A DNA stretch of 64,000 nt, from positions 2,183,850 through 2,247,849 of the forward strand of contig OZ255628.1 of NCBI GenBank assembly GCA_965276795.1. Reading direction: 5' to 3'. The notes below the pieces were generated by a model that was given only the letters and a program-made list of their open reading frames with translations, was not told the DNA's origin and did no database searches. A program made the translations under genes and the position numbers. The DNA is from Acetobacteraceae bacterium (lineage in GTDB: Bacteria > Pseudomonadota > Alphaproteobacteria > Acetobacterales > Acetobacteraceae). Shown piece after piece: positions 42,659-51,747 of this stretch; the first letter of the stretch is position 1, and the number at the start of each line of letters is the position of its first letter.

Positions 42659-44432
42659 TTCTTATGAGTTCAAAACCACCTTCGGCGCGCTTCCCACAAC
42701 TCCGTCGCGCACGCGTTTCGCGCTCTGGGCGCCCGGCTGCGACAAGGTGACGCTGGAACTCGAAGGCCAGGCGCCCATTGCCATGCAGCGCGATCAGACA
42801 GGCACCTTCACCGCTGACGCCGAATGCGGCGCCGGCGCGCGCTACAAGTTCCGCGTCAGCGATGATCTGGCGGTGCCAGACCCGGTCTCCCGCCTGCAAG
42901 CGGGCGACGTGCACGACGCCAGCGTCGTCGTCGATGCCAAAGCCTATGCCTGGCAGCACGGCGATTGGCAGGGCCGCCCTTGGCACGAAGCGGTGATCCT
43001 GGAACTCCATCCAGGCGCCGCCGGCGGCTTCAAAGGCATCAAGGCCGACCTGCCCCGGCTCCAGGCGCTCGGCGTCACCGTGGTCGAACTCATGCCCATC
43101 GCCGATTTCCCGGGCCGCCATAACTGGGGCTATGACGGCGTCTTTCCCTACGCGCCCGACACCGCCTACGGCACCCCCGATGAACTGAAAGACCTCATCG
43201 ACACCGCGCACGGCATGGGACTGATGGTGTTCCTCGATGTCGTCTATAACCATTTCGGCCCCGACGGAAACTACATCAGCGCCTACGCCCCGGAGTTTTT
43301 TCGCGAAGACATCCACACCCTCTGGGGCGCCGCCATCGATTTCCGCAAGCCGCAGGTCCGCGCCTTCTTCATTGAAAACGCCCTCTACTGGCTGATGGAA
43401 TACCGCTTCGACGGGCTGCGCTTCGACGCGGTCCACGCCATCCAAGACAACGCCTTTCTGATGGACATGGCAAAGGCGATCAGAAGCGGCGCCGAGCCAA
43501 ACCGCCACATCCATCTGGTGCTGGAAAACGACGACAACGCCGCCCACCTGCTGCGCGCCGCCCCCGACGCGCCGGGCTATGACGCCCAATGGGCGGATGA
43601 CACGCATCATTGCTTCCACGTGCTGCTAACAGGAACCCAGGAAGGCTATTACGAGGACTATCCGCAAGCCGCATCCCAACTCGCCCGCTGCCTCTCCGAA
43701 GGCTTCGCCTATCAGAACGACCCGTCGATCCACCGCGACGGCGCATTGCGCGGCGAGCCTTCCGCCCATCTGCCGCCCACCGATTTCGTGATCTTCCTGC
43801 AAAACCACGACCAGATCGGCAACCGCGCCTTCGGCGACCGGCTGACCACGCTAACCGATCCGCAGGCCTTGCGCGCGGCCACCCTAGTGCTGCTGCTAAG
43901 CCCGCAAATCCCGCTTTTGTTCATGGGCCAGGAATGGGGCGAAACCAAACCCTTCCTCTATTTCACCGACCACCAAAACGCCGAACTCGCCGAAGCGGTG
44001 CGCAATGGACGCCGCCGCGAATTCGAAAAATTCGAAGCCTTCGCCGCCGCCGAAACCCGCGCCAAAATCCCCGATCCGAACGCCACGCAAAGTTTTCGCG
44101 ATTCAATCCCCGAACTATCCGACCCACCAACGCATGAACAATCCGGCTGGCTAACCCTCCATCAAACCCTGCTCGCCATCCGCCGCGACCACATCATGCC
44201 GCGCATCCCCGGCGCCAAATCAACCAACGCGGAGGCGCTCGGCACCACCGGCATCACCGTGTCATGGCGCATGGGCGACGGCGCGATCCTTACCATCGCC
44301 GTCAATTTCAGCGACGCCCCGATCATCTGCGAGCCTGCCGCCGGCGACATTCTCGCCAGCGTACCCGAAGGCCTGGAAACCAGGGAAATGCTGCCGCCCT
44401 ATTCCGCCATCGCCTGGCTACAACCAGCATGA
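42630..44432 (+). CDS. treZ: Malto-oligosyltrehalose trehalohydrolase
   Basis: FALWAP...VTLEL, ELMPIADFPGRHNWGYDGV, DVVYNHFGPDGNY and GLRFDAVHAI. Confidence 0.9.
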   Translation: MTTQQPRAANSYEFKTTFGALPTTPSRTRFALWAPGCDKVTLELEGQAPIAMQRDQTGTFTADAECGAGARYKFRVSDDLAVPDPVSRLQAGDVHDASVVVDAKAYAWQHGDWQGRPWHEAVILELHPGAAGGFKGIKADLPRLQALGVTVVELMPIADFPGRHNWGYDGVFPYAPDTAYGTPDELKDLIDTAHGMGLMVFLDVVYNHFGPDGNYISAYAPEFFREDIHTLWGAAIDFRKPQVRAFFIENALYWLMEYRFDGLRFDAVHAIQDNAFLMDMAKAIRSGAEPNRHIHLVLENDDNAAHLLRAAPDAPGYDAQWADDTHHCFHVLLTGTQEGYYEDYPQAASQLARCLSEGFAYQNDPSIHRDGALRGEPSAHLPPTDFVIFLQNHDQIGNRAFGDRLTTLTDPQALRAATLVLLLSPQIPLLFMGQEWGETKPFLYFTDHQNAELAEAVRNGRRREFEKFEAFAAAETRAKIPDPNATQSFRDSIPELSDPPTHEQSGWLTLHQTLLAIRRDHIMPRIPGAKSTNAEALGTTGITVSWRMGDGAILTIAVNFSDAPIICEPAAGDILASVPEGLETREMLPPYSAIAWLQPA

Positions 44433-46408
44433 GCGATGACGCGCTGATGCGGCTGGCCAAACAGGCCGGGCTGCACGCCGAATGGCAGGACGTGCACGGC
44501 AAGGAACATACGATCAGCCCGGACACCCTGCGCGCGGCCTTGCAGGCGTTGGGCTTCGCCGCCGATAGCGAAAGCGCCTGCCGCGACAGCGCCAAAGCCA
44601 TCAAGGCGGAGGATGCCGCGCCGACGCCGCTAACCACCGCCGATCTTGGCAAAGCGGTCGCCTACGCCGGCCAGCCAGGCCGGTTCCGCATCACCTTGGA
44701 AAGCGGCAAGGTGGTCGAAGGCATGGCCGCGCCATCCGCCAAAAATCGCCTGCGGCTGCCCGCCATCAATGAACCAGGTTATCACCGCCTTGAAATCTCG
44801 AACGCCGAAGTCACGCTGGCGGTAGCGCCTGAGCAGTCCCGCGCGATCCGGGACGTGGCGGAGGGACATAAAATCTGGGGCATTGCCGTCCAGGTCTATG
44901 GCCTGCGCCGCGCCGGCGATGGCGGCATCGGCGATTTCAAAGCCTTGGCGCAATTCGCCGAAAACGCCGCCAAGCACGGCGCGGACGCCGTCGCGGTCAG
45001 CCCGGCCCATGCCCTGTTCACCGCCGATCCCTCGCGTTTCGGCCCCTACGCGCCTTCCAGCCGCATCGCCCTGAACGCGCTCTACGCCCCCGCCGATGTG
45101 GACTACCCCGCATCCGCCGCCCCCGATGCGCTGATCGACTGGGTGCCTTCCGCACAGGCCCGGCTCAAGGCGCTGCGCCAAGCCTTTGAAAGCGGCAAGA
45201 ACAGCGGAGATTTCGCCGCCTTTCGCGCCGAGGCCTCCGAAGGCCTAAAAAACCACGCCATCTTCGAGATGATCTCGGCGCGCCAGGCGGCATCCGGCGC
45301 GCCGCCCGACTGGCGGGAATGGCCGGAAAACCTACGCGCGCCAAACAACCCGGCGGTCCGCCACCTGGCCGAAACCGAAAAAACCGAGGCCGATTTCCAT
45401 CTCTATCTGCAATACTGCTCCTCGCAAGGCCTGCGCGAGGCCCAGCGCGCGGCCAAACAGGCGGGCATGAAAATCGGCCTGATCGCCGATCTCGCGGTCG
45501 GCGCCGACCCCGCCGGCAGCGACGCCTGGGGCCGCCCCGATGAGGTGCTGCGCGGCCTCGCCATCGGCGCGCCGCCCGACGAGTTCAACCGCCGCGGCCA
45601 GAACTGGGGCGTCACCGGCTTCTCGCCGCGCGGCCTCCGCCGCAGCGGCTTCGCCGCCTTCCTCGACATGCTGCGCGCCGCCATGAGCACCGCCGGCGGC
45701 TTGCGCATCGACCACGCCATGGGTCTCGCCCGCCTCTGGGTAGTGCCGCAAGGCGCCGACGCGAAAGACGGCGCCTATCTCGGCTTCCCGATCCAGGACC
45801 TGCTGCGCCTGGTGGCGCTGGAATCGCAGCGCCATAACGCCATCGTCATCGCCGAGGATTTGGGCACCGTGCCGCACGGCTTCCGCCAGCATCTCGCCGC
45901 CCGCGAGGTCTCCGGCATGAGCGTGCTGTGGTTCGAGCGCGAGGCGGAAACCTTCCTCCCGCCCGACGAGTGGCGCACCGGCACCGCCGCCATGACCACC
46001 ACCCACGACCTGCCGACCGTCGCCGGCTGGTGGACAGGCCGCGACATCGAGTGGCGCGACAAGCTCAACATCGCCGGCGAGGATCGCGACAAGCGCGCGG
46101 CGGACCGCATCGCCCTATGGGACGCCCTCTGCCAGTCAGGCGCCGCCAGCGGCAACCCGCCCGCGCCCGATGCAAGCGCTCCCGTCGCCGATGCCGCCGC
46201 CGCCCATCTCGGCACCGCGTCATCAACACTGGCGATCCTGCCGGTGGAAGACGCGCTGGCGCTGATCGAGCAGCCCAATCTCCCCGGCACCACCGATGAA
46301 CACCCGAACTGGCGCCGCCGCCTGCCCGGCGAGGCCGCCACCTTACTCGATAACCCCGCCACCGCCGCGCGGCTTTCCGGGCTCAATAAGACGAGACAAA
46401 ATCCATGA
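44429..46408 (+). CDS. malQ: 4-alpha-glucanotransferase (amylomaltase)
   Basis: ATG at 44429 overlaps the treZ stop. WGIAVQVYGLRRAGDGGIGDF, RIDHAMGL and NLPGT. The longer ORF from 44264 overlaps treZ. Confidence 0.9.
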   Translation: MSDDALMRLAKQAGLHAEWQDVHGKEHTISPDTLRAALQALGFAADSESACRDSAKAIKAEDAAPTPLTTADLGKAVAYAGQPGRFRITLESGKVVEGMAAPSAKNRLRLPAINEPGYHRLEISNAEVTLAVAPEQSRAIRDVAEGHKIWGIAVQVYGLRRAGDGGIGDFKALAQFAENAAKHGADAVAVSPAHALFTADPSRFGPYAPSSRIALNALYAPADVDYPASAAPDALIDWVPSAQARLKALRQAFESGKNSGDFAAFRAEASEGLKNHAIFEMISARQAASGAPPDWREWPENLRAPNNPAVRHLAETEKTEADFHLYLQYCSSQGLREAQRAAKQAGMKIGLIADLAVGADPAGSDAWGRPDEVLRGLAIGAPPDEFNRRGQNWGVTGFSPRGLRRSGFAAFLDMLRAAMSTAGGLRIDHAMGLARLWVVPQGADAKDGAYLGFPIQDLLRLVALESQRHNAIVIAEDLGTVPHGFRQHLAAREVSGMSVLWFEREAETFLPPDEWRTGTAAMTTTHDLPTVAGWWTGRDIEWRDKLNIAGEDRDKRAADRIALWDALCQSGAASGNPPAPDASAPVADAAAAHLGTASSTLAILPVEDALALIEQPNLPGTTDEHPNWRRRLPGEAATLLDNPATAARLSGLNKTRQNP

Positions 46409-49212
46409 GCGAACCAGTCCTTTCCACCACCCCGCGCGCCACCGCCCGCCTGCAATTCCACAGCAAATTCACCCTCGATGACGCGGTCGCCATCATTCCC
46501 TATTTCGCCAAGCTTGGCATCAGCCATCTCTACGCCTCGCCGCTGCTGACCGCCCGTGCCGGCTCGATGCACGGCTACGACATCGTCGATCACAACAGCA
46601 TCAACCCGGAATTGGGCGGCATGGCGGCGCTCGAACGGCTGTCCGAAACGCTGCAATCCCACCAGATGGGCCTGATCCTCGATATCGTGCCCAACCACAT
46701 GGGCGTCGGCGGCTCCGATAACGGCTGGTGGATGGACGTGCTGGAATGGGGCCGCGCCAGCCGCTACGCCCAAGCCTTCGACATCGACTGGGCGCCGCAG
46801 GAACCGGCGCTGCACGGCAAGGTGATGGCGCCCTTCCTCGGCTCCTCCTATGGCGAGGCGCTGGAATCCGGCAACCTCATCCTGCACTGCGACCGCGAGC
46901 AAGGCCGCTTCTATGTCGGCTATCACGAGCATCATTTCCCCATCGCCATGGCCGGCTGCGCCGAAATCCTTGGCGGGCGTCCTGGCATTTTCGCCGAAGC
47001 CATCGCGCATTTCGCCGGCGCCGCCGATCTCGCCGCACGCCCCGCCATCGCCCGTCCGCTGGCGGAAACCGCCAAGCGCCGCCTCGTCCAAACCCTCGCG
47101 ACACCAGCCGGACCCGCGGCCCTCGAAGCCGTCCTGAAACGCTACGACGCCAAAACCGAAGCGGGCAAAGCGCGCCTCCACGCGCTGCTGGAAACCCAGC
47201 ATTACCGCCTGTCCTGGTGGCGCGCCGCGGCGGACGAGATCAACTGGCGGCGGTTTTTCGACATCAACACGCTGGCCGGCATCCGCGCCGAAATCCCTTG
47301 GGTGTTCGAGGAAAGCCACCGCCTGATCGTCGATCTCTACCAGCGCGGCATGATCGACGGTGTGCGGATCGACCATGTCGATGGCCTCGCCGATCCGCGT
47401 GGCTACTGCCGCAAACTGCGCCGCGTCCTGCAAGCGGCGTCGGCATCGCGCCCCGCCGGCGCGATCCCCGGCGAACCCTATATCCTGATCGAGAAAATCC
47501 TAGCGCCGCATGAGCGCCTGCGCACCGAATGGACCACCGACGGCACCACCGGCTACGACTTCATGAACGAAGTCGGCGGCGTGCTGCACGACGCCGGAAA
47601 CGAGCAAGCCTTCACCGAGATTTGGAACCGGCTTTCCGGACGCTCCTTAAGTTTCGAAACCGAGGAGCGCGAGGCGCGGCGGCAAATCCTGCGCGACAAC
47701 CTGACCAGCGAATGGAACGGCACCGCCGCCGCCCTCTACCGCGTCGCCTCGGCGGACCTGAAAACCCGCGACTTCACCCTCACCGGCATCCGCCGCGCGC
47801 TTTTGGAGATCCTGGTGCATTTCCCGGTTTACCGCATTTACGCCGGCCCCGCCGGGGCGTCCCCCGCCGATGACCAGATGATGAACTGGGCGATGGCGCT
47901 GGCGCATCGCAGCGTCCGCGCCGCCGATCAAGGCCTGCTCGACGTCATCCGCGAATGGCTGACCGATGCGCCGCCCTGCAAAATGCCGCCCGGCGAACGC
48001 CGCGCCGACCGCTTACGCGCCATGGTCCGCTTCCAGCAACTTTCTTCCCCCGTCGCCGCCAAATCGGTCGAGGACACCGCGTTCTATCGCTTCGGACGCC
48101 TGCTCTCGCGCAACGAGGTCGGCTCCACCCCGGCGCAATTCGCCCTCACCGTGCCCGCCTTCCACGCGGCAACCGCATCGCGCGGCGAATACTTCCCCCG
48201 CGCCATGTTGGCCACCGCGACGCATGACCACAAGCGCGGCGAGGATACCCGCGTGCGCCTCGCCGTCATCGCCGAAATCCCCGCCGACTGGGAAGCAGCG
48301 CTCACCCGCTGGATGCGCCTCAACAATTCGCTGATCCGCGACCTCGATAGCGGCCGCGCGCCCGCCGCCGCCGACGAGATCATGCTCTACCAGACGCTCG
48401 TCGGCGCCTGGCCCATCGGCCTCGACCCGGACGACACCGAAGGCGTCAAAGCCTTCTCCGGACGGGTCTTCGCCTGGTGGGAAAAATCGATCCGCGAGGC
48501 CAAACTGCGCACCGGCTGGACCGCGCCCGACGAAGCCTACGAAGCCGCCTGCCGCGACTTCCTCACCGGCATCCTGGACACCGAGCGCCACGCCCAAACC
48601 GGCGCCGAAATCGCCGCCTTCGCCGCCCGCATCGGCCCGGCGGGCGCGATCAACGGCCTGTCGCAAACCCTACTGAAATACACCGTCCCCGGCGTGCCCG
48701 ATCTCTACCAAGGCACCGAATTCTGGGACCAAAGCCTGGTCGACCCCGACAACCGCCGCCCGGTCGATTTCCAAGCGCGCGACACCCAACTCGCCAAACG
48801 CGAAATGCCATCAGCGCTGCTGAAAACCTGGCAAACCGGCGCGGTAAAGCAGGCAATCATCGCCCGCGTCCTCGCCCTACGCGCCGAAATGCCCGAACTT
48901 TTCGCGCACGGCGACTACCAGCCGCTCGCCATCGAAGGCGAAGCATCGCGCCACGCGCTCGCCTTCACCCGCGCCCATCAAGGCCAACAAATCCTGGTCG
49001 CCGTCACCCGCCTGCCGCTGACGCTGCTAGGCGAAACAGCAAACCCTTTAGCGCCCGCTGAAGCGTGGGGAAATACCAAAATCACTTTGCCGAAATCGGC
49101 AAAATGGCAGGATTGCCTAACCGATCGAACAATAACGGACGCAGGCAGCATTAAGCTGGCCGATCTGCTGGCGGATTTTCCGGTGGCGCTGCTATCGATG
49201 TCCGGCACTTAA
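46405..49212 (+). CDS. treY: Malto-oligosyltrehalose synthase
   Basis: TARLQFHSKFTLDDAVAIIPYFAKLGISHLYASPLLTARAGSMHGYDIVDH and DIVPNHMG. The ATG overlaps the malQ stop. Confidence 0.92.
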   Translation: MSEPVLSTTPRATARLQFHSKFTLDDAVAIIPYFAKLGISHLYASPLLTARAGSMHGYDIVDHNSINPELGGMAALERLSETLQSHQMGLILDIVPNHMGVGGSDNGWWMDVLEWGRASRYAQAFDIDWAPQEPALHGKVMAPFLGSSYGEALESGNLILHCDREQGRFYVGYHEHHFPIAMAGCAEILGGRPGIFAEAIAHFAGAADLAARPAIARPLAETAKRRLVQTLATPAGPAALEAVLKRYDAKTEAGKARLHALLETQHYRLSWWRAAADEINWRRFFDINTLAGIRAEIPWVFEESHRLIVDLYQRGMIDGVRIDHVDGLADPRGYCRKLRRVLQAASASRPAGAIPGEPYILIEKILAPHERLRTEWTTDGTTGYDFMNEVGGVLHDAGNEQAFTEIWNRLSGRSLSFETEEREARRQILRDNLTSEWNGTAAALYRVASADLKTRDFTLTGIRRALLEILVHFPVYRIYAGPAGASPADDQMMNWAMALAHRSVRAADQGLLDVIREWLTDAPPCKMPPGERRADRLRAMVRFQQLSSPVAAKSVEDTAFYRFGRLLSRNEVGSTPAQFALTVPAFHAATASRGEYFPRAMLATATHDHKRGEDTRVRLAVIAEIPADWEAALTRWMRLNNSLIRDLDSGRAPAAADEIMLYQTLVGAWPIGLDPDDTEGVKAFSGRVFAWWEKSIREAKLRTGWTAPDEAYEAACRDFLTGILDTERHAQTGAEIAAFAARIGPAGAINGLSQTLLKYTVPGVPDLYQGTEFWDQSLVDPDNRRPVDFQARDTQLAKREMPSALLKTWQTGAVKQAIIARVLALRAEMPELFAHGDYQPLAIEGEASRHALAFTRAHQGQQILVAVTRLPLTLLGETANPLAPAEAWGNTKITLPKSAKWQDCLTDRTITDAGSIKLADLLADFPVALLSMSGT

Positions 49213-49346
49213 ATCGTCAGGATTATTGCCACAACTTGTCGGAAAATCTTACACACCGTCTCAAAACTTATGCTAAACTGTTGAAAAGACAGTCCGGCAT
49301 ATTTTTTGCGTAGAGCTCCTTTGCGCAAAAAATAAGGGAGACAAGA

Positions 49347-50021
49347 ATGCGTTTTACAACAGGCCTGGTGCTCGCGGCTGCGCTGATGGCCGGAGGGAGC
49401 GTCGCAAAAGCGGATGTTTACTCTGTAACAACTTCATATTCAGGTAGCGGCGAAATATTCGATACCTTTAACTTCTACCCAGCGACCTTCGACACCAGCA
49501 AGGGTACGCTCAGTGCCGTTAGCCTAAATTTTCAAGGAGATGTTCAATCAACTGAAACAGGCCATCCGGCGCCTCCGCTATCGACGGATCAAACATTGTT
49601 AGAATTCCGAAATTATTTCGGGATTGTGGGTGATGGCTTCTCTCTGTACACACCACTTGCCACCACATACGGCCTGGCGAGGTTCCACTATGTGGGCTAC
49701 GGCTACAGCAGTGTAGCAGCGCCTTTCAATTTGACCTTCTCCGTTCCCAAATCGGATGTCATCGATTATGCTGATTGCACGGCCTGCATTGTCGGCGATG
49801 TGCGGGGCGGCGCGACTTTTTTCGATGCGGCAACTGAGCGTCCCTTTTCGGCCATGGGCACATTAGAAGACGAACTAACTTCTGTTGAAGGTTCCCTTAC
49901 TGAAACCTTCACCTATGATCCGGTCCACGTTCCCGAACCCGGCTCGCTCGCCCTGCTCGGCACCGCCGGGATTATGCTAGTCGGCGCTATCAAGTTAACC
50001 CGGCGTCGCCGGATCTCGTAA
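49347..50021 (+). CDS. PEP-CTERM sorting-domain protein, paralogue 1
   Basis: Signal peptide, ADVYSVTT, and C-terminal VPEPGSLALLGTAGIMLVGAIKLTRRRR. GGGAG RBS. Confidence 0.85.
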   Translation: MRFTTGLVLAAALMAGGSVAKADVYSVTTSYSGSGEIFDTFNFYPATFDTSKGTLSAVSLNFQGDVQSTETGHPAPPLSTDQTLLEFRNYFGIVGDGFSLYTPLATTYGLARFHYVGYGYSSVAAPFNLTFSVPKSDVIDYADCTACIVGDVRGGATFFDAATERPFSAMGTLEDELTSVEGSLTETFTYDPVHVPEPGSLALLGTAGIMLVGAIKLTRRRRIS

Positions 50022-50040
50022 CGGCATTCGCCGCGACCAC

Positions 50041-50077
50041 GCGTGTCCAGCGGAGACCCGCGCTCCGCTGGACACGC
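50041..50077. repeat. 15-bp-stem hairpin 3' of PEP-CTERM paralogue 1. An imperfect copy lies at 51571-51606.
   Basis: GCGTGTCCAGCGGAG-acccgcg-CTCCGCTGGACACGC. No U-tract follows, so it is not called as a terminator. Confidence 0.6.
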
Positions 50078-50084
50078 AGACGCC

Positions 50085-50384
50085 CCGCCCGTCGCCATCG
50101 AGCGCGAGGCGGCGCGGCATGTGCTGGCCTTCATCCGCAATTACCAAGGCCAGCGCATCCTGGTCGCCGTGACTCGCCTGCCGATGACGCTGCTCGGCGA
50201 CACGGCAACGCCATTGGTCCTCGCCGAAGCCTGGGGTGACACGAACCTTATTCTGCCGGAGGAAGCGTCCCGCTCATGGCGCGATAGCCTCTCCGGGCAC
50301 GACATTCCCACAGCGCAAAGCCTGAGGCTGGCCGATCTGCTAACAGATTTTCCGGTGGCGCTCCTTTGCGCTTCGGCGCCTTGA
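50085..50384 (+). pseudogene. Relic of the 3' end of a second, diverged treY
   Basis: Translation PVAIEREAARHVLAFIRNYQGQRILVAVTRLP...LADLLTDFPVALL aligns with the last ~100 aa of TreY (46405..49212). No upstream part of the gene is present. Confidence 0.8.
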
Positions 50385-50402
50385 AAACCGCGACTTCGCG
50401 TT

Positions 50403-50709
50403 GTTATACCAAGCGGCATAGGGATTAACCTATCGCGAAAGCAAGATCATGGGGCTTTGCCCCCTGAAACCCCCACTAAGGGCTAGCCCTTAGAACCCGC
50501 TAGATGGCTTTCCGCTGGGAGGGGTCAGAGACCCCTCCCAGCGGAAAGCCAAGTAATGGATTCCAAAGGCCTTGCCTTTGGCGGAGGGGCCGGAAGGTTC
50601 CGGCAATGCGAAGCATTGCTGGAAGGCCCCGGAGGTGGAGGTCCAGGAGGCAGAGCCTCCTGGCCTTATTCTTGCCGATAGGTTAATCTTTACGCCGCTT
50701 GGTATTAAC
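50403..50709 (+). repeat. 307-bp hairpin-rich element bounded by ~33-nt imperfect inverted repeats (MITE-like or a structured RNA)
   Basis: Ends GTTATACCAAGCGGCATAGGGATTAACCTATCG and CGATAGGTTAATCTTTACGCCGCTTGGTATTAAC. Contains at least six internal hairpins, including a 22-bp perfect stem at 50505-50551. Confidence 0.7.
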
Positions 50710-50822
50710 GGCAATCACTGCCGGAAATGTATAACGCGCTTCATAATTCGATTTAACATATTGATAACCGTGAATATCACAACTTCTGCTATAGGAGTCC
50801 TAGCAAAATCCTTTTGTGCGAA

Positions 50823-51551
50823 ATGAGGCCAAAAATGCTTTCAATAGAAGGTCTGGCGGTCGCTGCCGTATTGGTAGCCGCAATCGGGATGGCGAAAGCG
50901 GATGTTTACAGTTACACAACGCCGGTATCCGGCGTCACCAGCGACTCGACTGACAGCACTTACTTTTTTCCAGCGTCATTCAACAGCAGTCTCGGTCAAC
51001 TCACTGGTGTCGGCCTGACCTTTGCCGGAACCCTGAACATTAGCGACCTCATTGTTGTTACGCCAGAAGGGCAACCCCCTCAGCCCGGAATATATTTTCA
51101 AACGAACGCAATTACTGTAGGTCTTTCTCCGCAAATTCCAAACGGAGTAGATCTTAATATTGGCACGGAACCCGGCGTCATCGGGACACAATATGTCACG
51201 GCGCAAGGACAGGTGACAGCCAGTTTCGCGGTGACGGCCCAAGCTATTGGCGACTATGTAGGAAACGGCAGCCTTAATTCCAATTTGGACGGCTTTATCG
51301 AGTTCAACTCATTTCCGTATATGCAAAATGGCAACTATTACACCTATCAAACATTTCCCAACACGCCTCAAGCGATTTTCACAGGCGCGTTGACTGAAAC
51401 TTTTACGTATCAGCCAGCCGGTGTTACCAAACCCGGCATTGGTCAGCAGCCCGTCGGTGTTCCTGAGCCTGGATCGCTCGCCTTGCTCGGCACCGCCGGG
51501 ATCATGCTGGCCGGCGTTCTCAAGTTAACCCGGCGTCGCCGGACCTCGTAA
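50823..51551 (+). CDS. PEP-CTERM sorting-domain protein, paralogue 2
   Basis: MRPKMLSIEGLAVAAVLVAAIGMAKADVYSYTTPVSG...VPEPGSLALLGTAGIMLAGVLKLTRRRR. The start could instead be the ATG at 50835. Confidence 0.82.
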   Translation: MRPKMLSIEGLAVAAVLVAAIGMAKADVYSYTTPVSGVTSDSTDSTYFFPASFNSSLGQLTGVGLTFAGTLNISDLIVVTPEGQPPQPGIYFQTNAITVGLSPQIPNGVDLNIGTEPGVIGTQYVTAQGQVTASFAVTAQAIGDYVGNGSLNSNLDGFIEFNSFPYMQNGNYYTYQTFPNTPQAIFTGALTETFTYQPAGVTKPGIGQQPVGVPEPGSLALLGTAGIMLAGVLKLTRRRRTS

Positions 51552-51623
51552 CCGCGTTTGCGGCGACCAAGCGTGATCCAGCGGAGACCGGCGCTCCGCT
51601 AGACACGAACGCGGACGCACAGC

Positions 51624-51690
51624 CCCTCGTCATCGAGGGCGAGGCGGCACGGCATGTGCTGGCCTTCACCCGCGGCCATCAAGGCCAGGC
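51624..51690 (+). pseudogene. Short second treY 3' relic
   Basis: Encodes PLVIEGEAARHVLAFTRGHQGQ, matching TreY LAIEGEASRHALAFTRAHQGQ and the start of the relic at 50085. Confidence 0.65.
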
Positions 51691-51747
51691 GGACCAAATC
51701 ATCACCGGTCGCAAAATACCGCTTGCCCACCTTCCGTTAGTTTTGCT

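Noticed and set aside
50043-50384. 113-aa ORF as an intact small gene.
   Set aside because: Its GTG start lies inside the hairpin at 50041-50077. Its product is simply the C-terminal ~100 residues of a TreY-like protein without the catalytic part. It is treated as a relic.
50403-50709. Known structured RNAs (RNase P RNA, tmRNA, SRP/6S RNA) or a protein-coding gene (ORFs 50490..50714 and 50504..50686) as explanations for the hairpin-rich element.
   Set aside because: I could not find the conserved RNase P core (GAGGAAAGTCC-type), a tmRNA tag reading frame or an SRP motif. The two ORFs encode near-mirror peptides purely because of the 22-bp palindrome.
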